A DNA stretch of 64,000 bases from an uncultured Gemmatimonadales bacterium. GTDB taxonomy: Bacteria > Gemmatimonadota > Gemmatimonadetes > Longimicrobiales > Longimicrobiaceae. Shown here piece after piece: positions 21,503 to 31,600 of this stretch. The notes under the pieces were generated by a model, which was given only the letters and a program-made list of their open reading frames with translations, searched no databases and was not told the origin of the DNA. Location: NCBI GenBank assembly GCA_963716255.1, contig OY970303.1, positions 2,784,001 to 2,848,000 on the forward strand, given 5' to 3'. Within the stretch, counting starts at the first letter, position 1. Every line of letters begins with the position of its first letter. A program made the translations under genes and the position numbers.

Positions 21503-23191
21503 GTGAAAACAGCCGCCACGCTCGCCCTCGCGCTCCTGGCGCTCGCCCGCGCCGCCGCCGCGCAGCACACCGACATCTACGACTCCGGCGGGCCGCTCAC
21601 CCCCGAGCAGGCCGCGTACGACGTGGTCTTCTACAACCTTGCCGTGCGCGTGGACCCCGCGGCGCGCAGCATCGCCGGCACGGGGACCACCGTGGCCCGC
21701 ATCGTCACGCCCACCCGGCAGCTGGTGCTGGACCTGGACACCCTGCTCGCCGTCTCCGCCGTCACGGCGCCGGAGGGCGCGGCGGGGCGGCCGCTGCGCT
21801 GGGAGCGCCGCGGCGGCCGGTTGTGGATCGACCTGGGATCCACGCGCCTCCCGGGCGACGAGGTGGCGGTGCGCGTGGCCTACGCCGGACGCCCGCGGGT
21901 GGCGCCGGACGCCCCGTGGGACGGCGGCTTCGTGTGGGCGAAGACGCCCTCCGGCCAGCCGTGGATCGCCACCGCCGTGCAGGGCGAGGGGCCGGACGTG
22001 TGGTGGCCGGCAAAGGACCACCCCTCCGACGAGCCGGACTCCATGTCCATCCGCGTCACCGTGCCGGCGCCGCTGGTCGCCGCGAGCAACGGCCGCCTGC
22101 GCCGCGTCACGCCGGCGGCGGGCGGGGCGCGCACCTACGAGTGGTTCGTCTCCACCCCCATCAACGCCTACGACGTCGCCCTCAACATCGCCCCGTACCG
22201 TACGGTGGAGGGCGAGCTGGAGTCGGTCGCCGGCGGCCGCTTCCCCGTGGTCTTCTTCGTCCTCCCCGAGGACGAAGCGCGCGGCCGGGCCTTCTTCCCC
22301 CAGATCCTGGACCACCTGCGCTTCTTCGAGCGGCTGCTGGGCCCCTACCCCTTCCGCGCCGACAAGTACGGGGTGGCGCAGACCCCGCACCTGGGGATGG
22401 AGCACCAGACGATCATCGCCTACGGCGCCGGCTTCGACAACGGCGCCATGACCGGCGGGACGGACTGGGGCTTCGACGCCCTCCACCAGCACGAGCTCGC
22501 CCACGAGTGGTGGGGGAACCTAGTCACCAACGCGGACTGGAAGGACATGTGGCTGCACGAGGGCTTTGGCAGCTACATGCAGGCGCTCTACATGGAGCAC
22601 CTGTCGGGGATGCGCGGCTACCACGCGTTCCTGGGGGGGCAGCGCGCCGGCATCGCCAACCGGGCCCCCGTGGCCCCGCGCGAGCCGCGCACCTCGGCGC
22701 AGATCTACTTCGCCTCCGGGAGCGACATCTACGGCAAGGGCTCCTGGGTCCTGCACACCCTGCGCTGGACGGTGGGCGACTCCGCGCTCTTCCGCTCGCT
22801 GCGGCGCATGGCGTACCCGGACCCGGCGCTGGAGCGCGTGGCCACCGGCGCGCAGACGCGCTTCGCCACCACCGACGACTTCCTGCGCATCGCCGAGCGC
22901 GAGTCCGGCCGCGAGCTGGGGTGGATGTTCGAGGTGTACCTGCGCCAGCCCGCGCTGCCGCGCCTCGTGGCGTCGCGCGCGGCCGACACGGTGCGGCTGC
23001 GCTGGGAGGTCCCGGGCGGCCTCGTCTTCCCCATGCCGCTGGAGGTGGAGGTGGCCGGCCGCCGGCAGCGGGTGGAGATGCCCGGCGGGCGGGCCGAGCT
23101 GCGCGTCCCGGCGGGCGCTCGCGTGGTGGTGGACCCGGACGCCTGGGTGCTCCGGGAGGAGCAGGCCCCCGTCGTCCTGGCGCCGCGCTGA
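21503..23191 (+). CDS. M1 family aminopeptidase
   Basis: GMEHQT, HELAHEWWGN...WLHEGF, IYGKG; signal peptide. Confidence 0.93.
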   Translation: MKTAATLALALLALARAAAAQHTDIYDSGGPLTPEQAAYDVVFYNLAVRVDPAARSIAGTGTTVARIVTPTRQLVLDLDTLLAVSAVTAPEGAAGRPLRWERRGGRLWIDLGSTRLPGDEVAVRVAYAGRPRVAPDAPWDGGFVWAKTPSGQPWIATAVQGEGPDVWWPAKDHPSDEPDSMSIRVTVPAPLVAASNGRLRRVTPAAGGARTYEWFVSTPINAYDVALNIAPYRTVEGELESVAGGRFPVVFFVLPEDEARGRAFFPQILDHLRFFERLLGPYPFRADKYGVAQTPHLGMEHQTIIAYGAGFDNGAMTGGTDWGFDALHQHELAHEWWGNLVTNADWKDMWLHEGFGSYMQALYMEHLSGMRGYHAFLGGQRAGIANRAPVAPREPRTSAQIYFASGSDIYGKGSWVLHTLRWTVGDSALFRSLRRMAYPDPALERVATGAQTRFATTDDFLRIAERESGRELGWMFEVYLRQPALPRLVASRAADTVRLRWEVPGGLVFPMPLEVEVAGRRQRVEMPGGRAELRVPAGARVVVDPDAWVLREEQAPVVLAPR

Positions 23192-23312
23192 CGCGTCCCC
23201 GCCCGCCGGCCGCGCCGGGCCCGCCCCGGCTCCCTTGTGTGCGGAATCGCTCGCCGGTACCGTGCAGGGGCGGGCCGCACCGGCGCGCGCCACCCCCAGC
23301 GGGAGAAGTATC

Positions 23313-23438
23313 ATGCTCCACAACCTGACCTTTCTCCAGCGCCGCTTCCCGGAGCACGCCCGGGGCATCGCCATCGTGCTGGGCGCGCTCTCGGTGAGCG
23401 CCCTGGCCGCGGGCGTCGGCCTGCTCCTCCTCGGCTAG
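23313..23438 (+). CDS. Small membrane peptide (41 aa)
   Basis: GGAG RBS; MLHNLTFLQRRFPEHARGIAIVLGALSVSALAAGVGLLLLG. Confidence 0.45.
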   Translation: MLHNLTFLQRRFPEHARGIAIVLGALSVSALAAGVGLLLLG

Positions 23439-23523
23439 GCCCTGCCGCGCGCGCGCCGGCCCGGAGGACGCCGGGCCGGCGCTCCCGCATCCGCCCCCGC
23501 CATTCCCCACGCCGTCCTCGCCC

Positions 23524-24489
23524 ATGCCCCGCACCCACACCGCACCGCCGGGCCCGCACCGCCGCCCGTCCGTGGGCCTCCTGGCCGCGCTTCTGCTCGC
23601 CTGCGCCGGTCCGGCCGCCGCGCAGGAAGCATCCGCCCACCCGGCGGCGCCCACCGCGCTCGACTCGCTGCTCGCCTACGACGCGCGCGCGCCGCTGGAC
23701 GTGCGCGTGGCGGGGACGGAGACGCGGGACGGGGTGACGGTGCAGGACGTGACCTTCGCGAGCGTGGCGGGAGGGGCGCCCACGCAGGCGTACGTCGTCC
23801 GGCCGGACGGCGCCGCCGGCCCGCTGGCCGCGGTGCTCTTCGTGCACTGGTTCGCACCGCCCGAGCCCACCTCCAACCGCACGCAGTACCTGGACGAGGC
23901 CCGGGCGCTGGCCCGCCGCGGCGTGGTGTCGCTGCTGGTCTCCACCTTCTGGTCGGACCCGGCGCGCTACCGCGCCCGCCGCTGGCAGGACGACTTCCGC
24001 AACTCGGCGGCGCAGGCCCGGGAGCTGCGCCGCGCGCTGGACGTGCTGGCCGCGCAGCCCGGGGTGGACCCGGCGCGCATCGCCTACGTGGGCCACGACT
24101 ACGGGGCCATGTTCGGCAGCGTGGTGGCGGGGGTGGACGCGCGCCCCCGGGCGTACGTGCTGATCGCGGGGGCGCCGCGCTTCCCCGACTGGTACCTGTT
24201 CGGCTCCGCGAGCGGCCGGCCCGCGGGCGCGGATCTCGCCGCGTTCCACGAGGAGTTCGCGCGCATCGACCCGGTGGGCGTCCTCGGCCGCTCGCGCGCG
24301 GCGGTCTTCCTCCAGTACGGCGAGGAGGACCGCTTCACCCCGCGCGACGCCTTCCTGGAGCTGTACCGCGCCGCGCCCGAGCCGAAGCGCATCGCCACCT
24401 ACCGCTCCGGCCACGCCATGGACGCGGCCATCATCCGCCTGGACCGCACCGCCTGGCTGGCCGAGCAGCTGGGGCTCCCGGAGCGCTGA
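23524..24489 (+). CDS. Secreted alpha/beta hydrolase
   Basis: VDPARIAYVGHDYGAM nucleophile elbow, LQYGEED, YRSGH. Confidence 0.8.
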   Translation: MPRTHTAPPGPHRRPSVGLLAALLLACAGPAAAQEASAHPAAPTALDSLLAYDARAPLDVRVAGTETRDGVTVQDVTFASVAGGAPTQAYVVRPDGAAGPLAAVLFVHWFAPPEPTSNRTQYLDEARALARRGVVSLLVSTFWSDPARYRARRWQDDFRNSAAQARELRRALDVLAAQPGVDPARIAYVGHDYGAMFGSVVAGVDARPRAYVLIAGAPRFPDWYLFGSASGRPAGADLAAFHEEFARIDPVGVLGRSRAAVFLQYGEEDRFTPRDAFLELYRAAPEPKRIATYRSGHAMDAAIIRLDRTAWLAEQLGLPER

Positions 24490-24530
24490 GCCGCGTCCCC
24501 GTCCTCCTTCCCGCACCCACGCTCCCGACG

Positions 24531-26432
24531 ATGCCGCCCACCCCGCGCACCCCCGTCCTCCTCGCGCTCCTGGCCTGCGCCCTGGCCGCGCCGCTCGCCG
24601 CGCAGCAGACGCAGAAGCCGCCGCTGCACGGCCGCCACTGGATGGCGATCACCGGCAAGCCGCTGGCGGCGACCGCCGGGGCGCTGATGTTCCAGCGGGG
24701 CGGCAACGCCGTGGACGCCGCCGCGGCCATGCTGGCGGCCTCGTGCACCATGTGGGACGTGCTGAGCTGGGGCGGCGAGACACAGGCGCTGATCTTCAAC
24801 CCGCGCACCGGCAGGGTGGTGGGCATCAACGCGATGGGCGTGGCGCCCAGCGGCGCCACGCCGGAGTTCTTCCGCGCGCGGGGGATGGCGCACCCGCCGG
24901 AGTACGGCCCGCTGGCGGCGACCACCCCCGGCACCCCCGGCGGCCTGATGCTGATGCTGGCGGAGTTCGGGACGATGTCGCTGGGCGAGGTGCTCGCCCC
25001 CGCCATCCAGATGGCGGACGGCTATCCCATCGAGGCGCAGACCGCGAACAGCATCGAGCGCGACCGGGAGCAGCTGCGGCAGTGGCGCTACTCGCGCGCG
25101 GTGATGCTGCCGCACGCGGGCGAGGCGCGCGAGGCGCCGCGCCCCGGCGAGATCTTCCGCCAGCCGGAGCTGGCGGCGACGCTGCGCAAGCTGGTGGAGG
25201 CGGAGCGGGAGGCGCTGCGGCAGGGGAAGAACCGCCGGGAAGCGATCCAGGCGGCGCACGACCGCTTCTACCGCGGCGACATCGCGCGGGAGCTGGTGCG
25301 CGGCGTCCAGGAGGAGGGCGGGCTCATCACCCTGGAGGACCTGGCCCGCTGGCGCCCGCGCATCGAGGAGCCGGTGAGCGTGGACTACCGCGGCGTGCAG
25401 GTGTACAAGCTGACGCACTGGACGCAGGGCCCGGCCCTGCTCCAGGCGCTCAACATCCTGGAGAACTTCGACCTCAAGTCCATGGGCTACAACAGCCCGC
25501 GCTACGTGCACGCGGTCTACCAGGCCATGAACCTGGCCTTCGCGGACCGCGACTTCTACTACGGCGACCCGGACTTTCCGCCGGAGGAGCCCATCCGCGG
25601 CCTCCTTTCCGAGGCGTACGCGCGGGAGCGGGCCAGAAGCATCGGCTGGACGCGCAACGACGCGGACGCCCGCCCCGGCGACCCGTACCCCTTCCAGGGC
25701 GGGACCAACCCCTTCGCGTCGGTGCTGGCGCGCTGGCACACGGTCGGAGTGCGCCCGGCCCCGGGGGACAGCGCGTCCTCGCCCGCGCCGGCGCACGACC
25801 GGCGGCCGTCCGGGCCCCTGGCGGCGATGACGCCGGAGGAGGCGTTCTACGCGGGGACCACGTCGGTGCAGGCGGCGGACACGGCCGGGTGGGTGGTGTC
25901 CATCACGCCCAGCGGCGGGTGGGTGCCGGCGGTGATCGCGGGGCACACGGGGGTGGGGCTCAGCCAGCGGATGCAGAGCTTCGTGGTGGACTCGCTTGAG
26001 GGGCCCTTCAACGTGGTGCACCCGGGAAAGCGTCCGCGGGTGACGCTGACGCCCACCATGGCGCTCCGGGACGGCAGGCCGTTCCTGTCGTTCGCGGTGC
26101 AGGGCGGCGACAGCCAGGACCAGAACCTGTTGCAGTTCTTTCTGAACGTGGTGGAGTTCGGGATGACGGTGCAGGAGGCCACGGAGGCGGCCAACTTCAA
26201 CTCGTTCCAGATGCGGGCCTCGTTCGGGGAGCACGTGTCGGAGCCCGGGCGGCTGCTGCTGCACGACGCCACGCCGCCGTGGAACCGCCAGGAGCTGCGG
26301 CGCATGGGGTACGCGCTGACCTTCGACGACCGCACCTCGGGGCCCATCAACGCCATCTTCTTCGACCGGGCCAACGGGACGCTGTGGGGCGGGTCCAGCA
26401 ACCACGGCGAGGACTACGGGATCGCCTGGTAG
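24531..26432 (+). CDS. ggt: Gamma-glutamyltransferase family protein
   Basis: GGNAVDAA, FYRGDIA, AFADRD.YYGDP, GTTS (Thr nucleophile), PGKRPRVTLTP. Confidence 0.9.
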   Translation: MPPTPRTPVLLALLACALAAPLAAQQTQKPPLHGRHWMAITGKPLAATAGALMFQRGGNAVDAAAAMLAASCTMWDVLSWGGETQALIFNPRTGRVVGINAMGVAPSGATPEFFRARGMAHPPEYGPLAATTPGTPGGLMLMLAEFGTMSLGEVLAPAIQMADGYPIEAQTANSIERDREQLRQWRYSRAVMLPHAGEAREAPRPGEIFRQPELAATLRKLVEAEREALRQGKNRREAIQAAHDRFYRGDIARELVRGVQEEGGLITLEDLARWRPRIEEPVSVDYRGVQVYKLTHWTQGPALLQALNILENFDLKSMGYNSPRYVHAVYQAMNLAFADRDFYYGDPDFPPEEPIRGLLSEAYARERARSIGWTRNDADARPGDPYPFQGGTNPFASVLARWHTVGVRPAPGDSASSPAPAHDRRPSGPLAAMTPEEAFYAGTTSVQAADTAGWVVSITPSGGWVPAVIAGHTGVGLSQRMQSFVVDSLEGPFNVVHPGKRPRVTLTPTMALRDGRPFLSFAVQGGDSQDQNLLQFFLNVVEFGMTVQEATEAANFNSFQMRASFGEHVSEPGRLLLHDATPPWNRQELRRMGYALTFDDRTSGPINAIFFDRANGTLWGGSSNHGEDYGIAW

Positions 26433-26488
26433 GAAGCCCGTAGGGGGAGTTCGGCAGGTCATCCGCAACGACCCGCCGGGAGGACCGC

Positions 26489-26977
26489 ATGCTCCTGTTG
26501 AAGAACCTGCTCTTCACGGTGCTCGTTCCCGGCACCGTCGCGGGCCTGGTCCCGTACGTGATCCTGTCCCGCGGCGCCGATTCGACCGTCGCGTGGGGCC
26601 CCATGCAGTGGCTCGCGCTGGTCCTCGGGGTCCTCGGCGCGGGCGTGTACACGTGGTGTGTATGGGACTTCGCCTCGCGCGGACGCGGGACGCCGGCTCC
26701 CATCGACGCGCCGCGCACGCTGGTCGTGAGCGGGCCGTACCGCTACGTGCGGAACCCAATGTATTGGGGGGTGCTGCTGGTGCTGGTGGGCGAGGTCGCA
26801 TTCTTCGCAAGCGGCGCGCTCCTGCTGTACACCCTCGTCTGGCTCGGCGTCGTGCACCTGTTCGTGCTCCTGTACGAGGAGCCCGCGCTGCGGCGGCGCT
26901 TCGACGGCTCGTACGAACACTACCGCGGTGTGGTCCGCCGGTGGATCCCGGGCAGGCCGTACCGCCCGCAGGGGTAA
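26489..26977 (+). CDS. Isoprenylcysteine carboxylmethyltransferase (Ste14-like) family membrane protein
   Basis: GTPAP.DAP..LV..GPYRYVRNPMY, EEP.L..RF...YE.Y...V.RW. Confidence 0.88.
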   Translation: MLLLKNLLFTVLVPGTVAGLVPYVILSRGADSTVAWGPMQWLALVLGVLGAGVYTWCVWDFASRGRGTPAPIDAPRTLVVSGPYRYVRNPMYWGVLLVLVGEVAFFASGALLLYTLVWLGVVHLFVLLYEEPALRRRFDGSYEHYRGVVRRWIPGRPYRPQG

Positions 26978-27136
26978 CGAGGTCCGACCTTCAACCGCTC
27001 GGCGTCGGCAGGGCATGAAGTTCGTGGGCCGGCACCCCCCCGCCGGTCCCGTTCTTGTATCGCACTCTCCCCTTTCGCCCGGCCGCGCACGCCTGCGCGG
27101 CCGGGCGCCGATCACACGCGCAACGGGGAGGGAGCG

Positions 27137-27739
27137 ATGAAGGTCCTGGTCGTCGGCGGCACGGGCACCATCGGCAGCGCGGTGGTGCGGCTGCTTTCCG
27201 CCGAGCACGAGGTCGTCGTGGTCGGCGGCTCCAGCGGCGAGCTGCGGGTGGACATCGCCGCGCCGGACTCCATCCGCCGCCTGTTCGAGCAGGTGGGCCG
27301 CGTGGACGCCGTGGTGTCCGCGGCGGGAACGGGCGCCTTCCGCCCGCTGGAGCAGCTGTCCGAGGAGGACTTTCGCTTCAGCCTGGGCAACAAGCTCATG
27401 GGACAGGTCAACCTGGTGCGGCTGGGGCTGGAGCACGTCGCCGACGGCGGCTCCTTCACCCTCACCAGCGGCGTGCTGGCCCGGGAGCCCATGCCCGGAA
27501 GCGCCGCCATCAGCCTGGTCAACGCCGGGCTGGAGGGGTTCGCGCGAGCCGCCGCGCTGGAGGCCCCCCGCGGCATCCGCGTCAACGTGGTCAGCCCGCC
27601 CTGGGTGTCCGAGACGCTCACCGCCATGGGGATGGACCCCTCCGGCGGCCTCCCCGCGGACACGGTGGCGCTCGCCTACCGCGAAGCCGTGTCTGGAATG
27701 GGCAACGGCGAGGTGCTGGACGCGCGCCGCTACGCCTGA
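27137..27739 (+). CDS. Short-chain dehydrogenase
   Basis: VVGGTGTIG, KLMGQVNLV, GSFTLTSG, RVNVVSP. Confidence 0.9.
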   Translation: MKVLVVGGTGTIGSAVVRLLSAEHEVVVVGGSSGELRVDIAAPDSIRRLFEQVGRVDAVVSAAGTGAFRPLEQLSEEDFRFSLGNKLMGQVNLVRLGLEHVADGGSFTLTSGVLAREPMPGSAAISLVNAGLEGFARAAALEAPRGIRVNVVSPPWVSETLTAMGMDPSGGLPADTVALAYREAVSGMGNGEVLDARRYA

Positions 27740-27761
27740 CGGCAAGCCAGGTCGAACGGCG

Positions 27762-27895
27762 GGTTCGGGCGTGCCCCCGGCTGACGCCGGGGTCGGGCTT
27801 CGGCTCCGTAAAGCACGATACAACCGTGCTTAACGGAGTCGAGCCCGCGCAAACAGCCGCGCGGTCTCGCCCCTTCGGGCCGAAATCCCTCACGC
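27762..27895 (-). repeat. Family A repeat, copy 3
   Basis: Same frame as the other copies, with variant stem AAGCACG/CGTGCTT. Confidence 0.92.
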
Positions 27896-27937
27896 GGGCC
27901 GGCGCGCCGGTCAGGATGTTCCGCACTCCCGCACTCG

Positions 27938-28885
27938 TCATTCCCGCGCCGCGAGTGCCGCCGCCTCCTCCGCGCACCCCCAGCTCAGCGTCAGCCCCGA
28001 GCCGCCGTGGCCGTAGCAGTGCACCACGCGCGAGCCGTCGGCGAAGTCCTCCGCCTCCAGCCGCACCGCCGGCCGCCCCGGACGCAGCCCCACCCGGTGC
28101 TCGATGACGCGGGCACCCGCCAGGCGCGGCTCCAGCTCCGCGCACAGCCGCAGGATGCGGCGCGCCACCCCCGGGTCCGGGGTGGCGTCCCACGCGTGGT
28201 CGTCCGCGGTGCCGCCCAGCACGCACTCCCGCTCGCTGCGGGGGATCACGTACACGATCCCCTCCGGGTGCTCCTCGTCCAGCAGGATCCTCTCGACGCC
28301 GGGGTTCTCCACCCGCACCACCTGCCCGCGGATGGGGAACACCTCCGCGTCCCCCGCCAGTGTGCGCGCCCCCAGCCCGGTGCAGTTCACCACCCGCGGG
28401 CACGCCGCCCGCGCCTCCGCCAGCGACGCCACCCGGCGCCGCTCCCACTCCCCGCCCAGCGCGCGGAAGCGTCCCGCCAGCCAGCGCAGGTACGCCGGCA
28501 TGTCCGCGGTGGGGACGGTGAAAGCGTACCCGTCCGCGAACCCCGGTGGAAGCTCGTCCGGGCGGGCGTGGCGGAAGCCGGGGACCGCGTCCACCCACGA
28601 CGGGTCGGCCGCCGGGGCGCGCCACAGCTCCAGCGCGGGGAGCATCCGCACCCCCGTCCCCCGCGTCCCAGCAAGCTCCGCCAGCACCTCGAAGGTCCGC
28701 CGCCCCCAGGCGTCCACCCGCTCGGCGGGATAGGCCCGGTACGGGTACCAGAACGCCCCCGCCACCGCCGAGACGGTGTCCTCCGGCGCGTCCGCGGCCC
28801 AGATCCGCACCCGCAGCCCCGCCTCGCGCAGCCGGATCGCCGTCGACAGCCCCACCACCCCGCCACCCAGCACCAGCGCGTCCAC
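27938..28885 (-). CDS. D-amino acid oxidase (FAD-dependent)
   Basis: VLGGGVVGLSTA, VVNCTGLGA, PIRGQ, GLRPGR, HCYGHGGSG.TLSWG. Confidence 0.9.
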   Translation of the reverse strand: MDALVLGGGVVGLSTAIRLREAGLRVRIWAADAPEDTVSAVAGAFWYPYRAYPAERVDAWGRRTFEVLAELAGTRGTGVRMLPALELWRAPAADPSWVDAVPGFRHARPDELPPGFADGYAFTVPTADMPAYLRWLAGRFRALGGEWERRRVASLAEARAACPRVVNCTGLGARTLAGDAEVFPIRGQVVRVENPGVERILLDEEHPEGIVYVIPRSERECVLGGTADDHAWDATPDPGVARRILRLCAELEPRLAGARVIEHRVGLRPGRPAVRLEAEDFADGSRVVHCYGHGGSGLTLSWGCAEEAAALAARE

Positions 28886-29136
28886 GGTCAGCGCTCCGGG
28901 CCGGGCGCCGCCGGCAGGGCGCGGCGCCGGGGAAGCGTGGGGCGGGCGGGGGCGGATGGGAGCGGCATGGCGGGCGCGCGGCCGGGGTTGGGGTGAGCGG
29001 GGTCCGGCGCAAGCTAGCGCACGCGGCCGCGGCCGGCCATCCCGCCGGGGGGAGCGGGCGCAGGTCCCCACCGGATCACATCTTGCGGAGGTCGGGGGTG
29101 TTCCATGCCGCACGCGCACCCGCAACGCCAAGGGCC

Positions 29137-31035
29137 ATGCCGGGATTCGAGGGGCTGCTCGCAGGCCGGACCCTGTGCGACCGCTACCGCATCGAGGAAG
29201 TCATCGGGCGGGGCGGCTTCGCGGCCGTGTACCGCGCCACGGACGAGCGGCTGGGGCGCACCGTCGCCGTCAAGGTCACCACCTTCTCGGCCACCAACCC
29301 CGAGACCCGCGACGAAGTGCAGAAGCGCTTCCGCCGCGAGGCGCGGGCCGCCGCCAGCCTGCACCACCCCAACGTGGTCACGGTGTACGACTTCGGGACC
29401 GACCCGGTGCTGGGGCTGGAGTTCTTCGTCATGGAGCTGCTGCAGGGCGAGGACCTTGCCCACCGGCTGGCGCGCCCCGCCGCCCTGCCCGTACGGGTCG
29501 CCCTGCGGCTGCTGCGCGACGCCGCGTGGGGGGTGGACGCCGGGCACCGCGCCGGGCTGGTGCACCGCGACATCAAGCCGGGGAACATTTTCCTGGCGCG
29601 GCGCGACCGGCCGGGGCGCTTCCGCGTGTGCGTGCTGGACTTCGGCATCGCGCGGCCCGCGATCGCGGACGAGGCCACCCAGCTCACCCGCGCCGGGGGG
29701 ATGCTGCTGTCGCCCGCCTACGCCTCGCCCGAGCAGCTGCGCGGCGAGCTTCGGGTGTCCCCCGCGTCCGACGTGTTCAGCCTGGGAGTGATCGGCTACG
29801 AGCTGCTGGCGCGGGAACGCCCCTTCCCCGGCAACCGCCTCCAGGCGCCTCCGGGCAAGCAGCCCGACCCCGTCCCGCTGCGAGAGCGCAACCCCGAGGT
29901 GCCGCCGGAGGTGGCCGAGGCGATCCACCGCGCCCTCGCCGAGGACCCCGCCGACCGCTTCCCCACCGCGGGCGCCTTCGCCGAGGCCCTCGCCGCCGCC
30001 GAGCCCCCCGCGGAGCCCCGCGACCGCACGCCCGGGGTGGCGGCGCCCGCCTGGACGGACGAGCCGGAGCCGCTGCCCGCGGAGGTCCCGCTCGCCGCCG
30101 CGGAAGAGCTCGCGCCGGAGCCGCGTCCGGCAGAAGTCCCGGCCCCCGCCGCCGCGCCGCCGTCCGAGACCGACGCGCCCACGGTGCACTACGCCCCGAA
30201 GGTCCTGGCGGTCCCGCCGTCCGCTTCGCGGCCCGCTCGCCGCCGCGCGCCGCGCGTGCCCCGCCTCGCCGCCGTGCTGCTGCTGGCGTGCGTGGGGATG
30301 GCGCTGGCGGCGTGGCTGGCGGTCGGCCGCGGCGGCGAGCGACCGGCCGGGAGCGACCGCGCCGCCCGCGGCCCGGTCGCGCGGCGGGAATCGCCCGTGC
30401 CGGCGGTCCGGGAGCCGGAGACCGGCACGCGAGCGGACACCGCCGCGGCTCCGCCGGCCGGGCAGGCGCAGGAGCCCCGCACCACGGCGCCAGCGCCTTC
30501 CGGGCCCCCGCCGGCCGCTCCCTCGCCCGGGGCGCCGCGCGTCGCGCTGCGCCCCGCGCCGCCGGACCGCGCGCCCCGCCGCGACGTCCCGGCGTCGCGG
30601 CCGGCCTCCACGCCGTCCCCGCCGGTGGAGCGGGTCCCCGCGCGCACGGCCGCGTCCGGCGGGGCCGGGACGGCGGGCGCCGCGCGGCTCAACCGCGAGG
30701 GCGAGGCGCTGTTCGAGCGGAACGACCTGGTGGCGGCGGTGGAGCGGTTCCGCCTGGCCGTGCGCGCCGCCCCCGGCAACGCCTACTACCGCAACAACCT
30801 GGGCTGGGCGCTCTTCGAGATGGGAGCCGTGGACGAGGCCGGGCGGGAGTTGGAGGCGACGCTGCGGCTGAACCCGCGGCGCGAGATCGCCTACGCCAAC
30901 CTGGGCGAGGTGAGGGCCGCGCAGGGCGACACCGCCGCCGCGGTCGCGGCCTACGAGCGCTTCGTGGAGCTGAACACCAACCCGCGCCGGGAGCGGATCG
31001 CGCTGGGGAAGCTGCGGCGGCTGCGCGGCGGGTAG
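29137..31035 (+). CDS. Ser/Thr protein kinase with TM segment, Pro-rich linker and C-terminal TPRs
   Basis: IGRGGFAAVY, VAVK, HRDIKPGN, DFG, SPEQ; NNLGWAL / ANLGEV TPR motifs. Confidence 0.92.
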   Translation: MPGFEGLLAGRTLCDRYRIEEVIGRGGFAAVYRATDERLGRTVAVKVTTFSATNPETRDEVQKRFRREARAAASLHHPNVVTVYDFGTDPVLGLEFFVMELLQGEDLAHRLARPAALPVRVALRLLRDAAWGVDAGHRAGLVHRDIKPGNIFLARRDRPGRFRVCVLDFGIARPAIADEATQLTRAGGMLLSPAYASPEQLRGELRVSPASDVFSLGVIGYELLARERPFPGNRLQAPPGKQPDPVPLRERNPEVPPEVAEAIHRALAEDPADRFPTAGAFAEALAAAEPPAEPRDRTPGVAAPAWTDEPEPLPAEVPLAAAEELAPEPRPAEVPAPAAAPPSETDAPTVHYAPKVLAVPPSASRPARRRAPRVPRLAAVLLLACVGMALAAWLAVGRGGERPAGSDRAARGPVARRESPVPAVREPETGTRADTAAAPPAGQAQEPRTTAPAPSGPPPAAPSPGAPRVALRPAPPDRAPRRDVPASRPASTPSPPVERVPARTAASGGAGTAGAARLNREGEALFERNDLVAAVERFRLAVRAAPGNAYYRNNLGWALFEMGAVDEAGRELEATLRLNPRREIAYANLGEVRAAQGDTAAAVAAYERFVELNTNPRRERIALGKLRRLRGG

Positions 31036-31048
31036 GGCGCCGCCCGCC

Positions 31049-31474
31049 TCAGGCTGGGTAGCGGCGGATCCACGCCGCCCGGTCGCGCAGCGCGAGGATC
31101 TGCGAGGGGAGCACCCGGACGAGCGAGTGGCCCGCCCAGGGGCGCGAGTAGTACGCCGTGAGCGTGGCATCGTAGCGCCGGAGCCAGGCGCGCTGCGCCT
31201 CCCGGAGCGCCGTCCGCCGCGCCGGGGCGAGCGCCGCCATCCGCTCGCGGTACGCCCGGTTCAGCTCGGCGTCCGCGCTTGCCAGGTCGGATCGCAGGCA
31301 ATCCAGGACCTCCGCGCGCCGCAGCATCCAGTAGTCCTGGCAGGGGTGCGGCACGTTCTCCCGGAACTCCTGCGCCCGCCCCGCCGCCGGGCGCGAGAGC
31401 GCGGCGAGCAGCACCAGGCCGAGCACGGCCCCGTGCCCCCGACCGGCTCTCCGCCTCCTCGCTTCTGACACCAT
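31049..31474 (-). CDS. LprI-like (lysozyme inhibitor family) exported protein
   Basis: C......ADAELNRAY...LREAQRAWLRR pattern; signal peptide. Confidence 0.75.
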   Translation of the reverse strand: MVSEARRRRAGRGHGAVLGLVLLAALSRPAAGRAQEFRENVPHPCQDYWMLRRAEVLDCLRSDLASADAELNRAYRERMAALAPARRTALREAQRAWLRRYDATLTAYYSRPWAGHSLVRVLPSQILALRDRAAWIRRYPA

Positions 31475-31600
31475 GGGCAGCGACGCCTGTGCGGGACCCT
31501 GCTTCCCCGGGAACGGGCGGCGGGTGCACGCCCCGTGCCCCGAACGTGGAAACACGCTGCAGGCCTTGACGATCGCCCGCTCACGAGCATTGCGTTAGAA

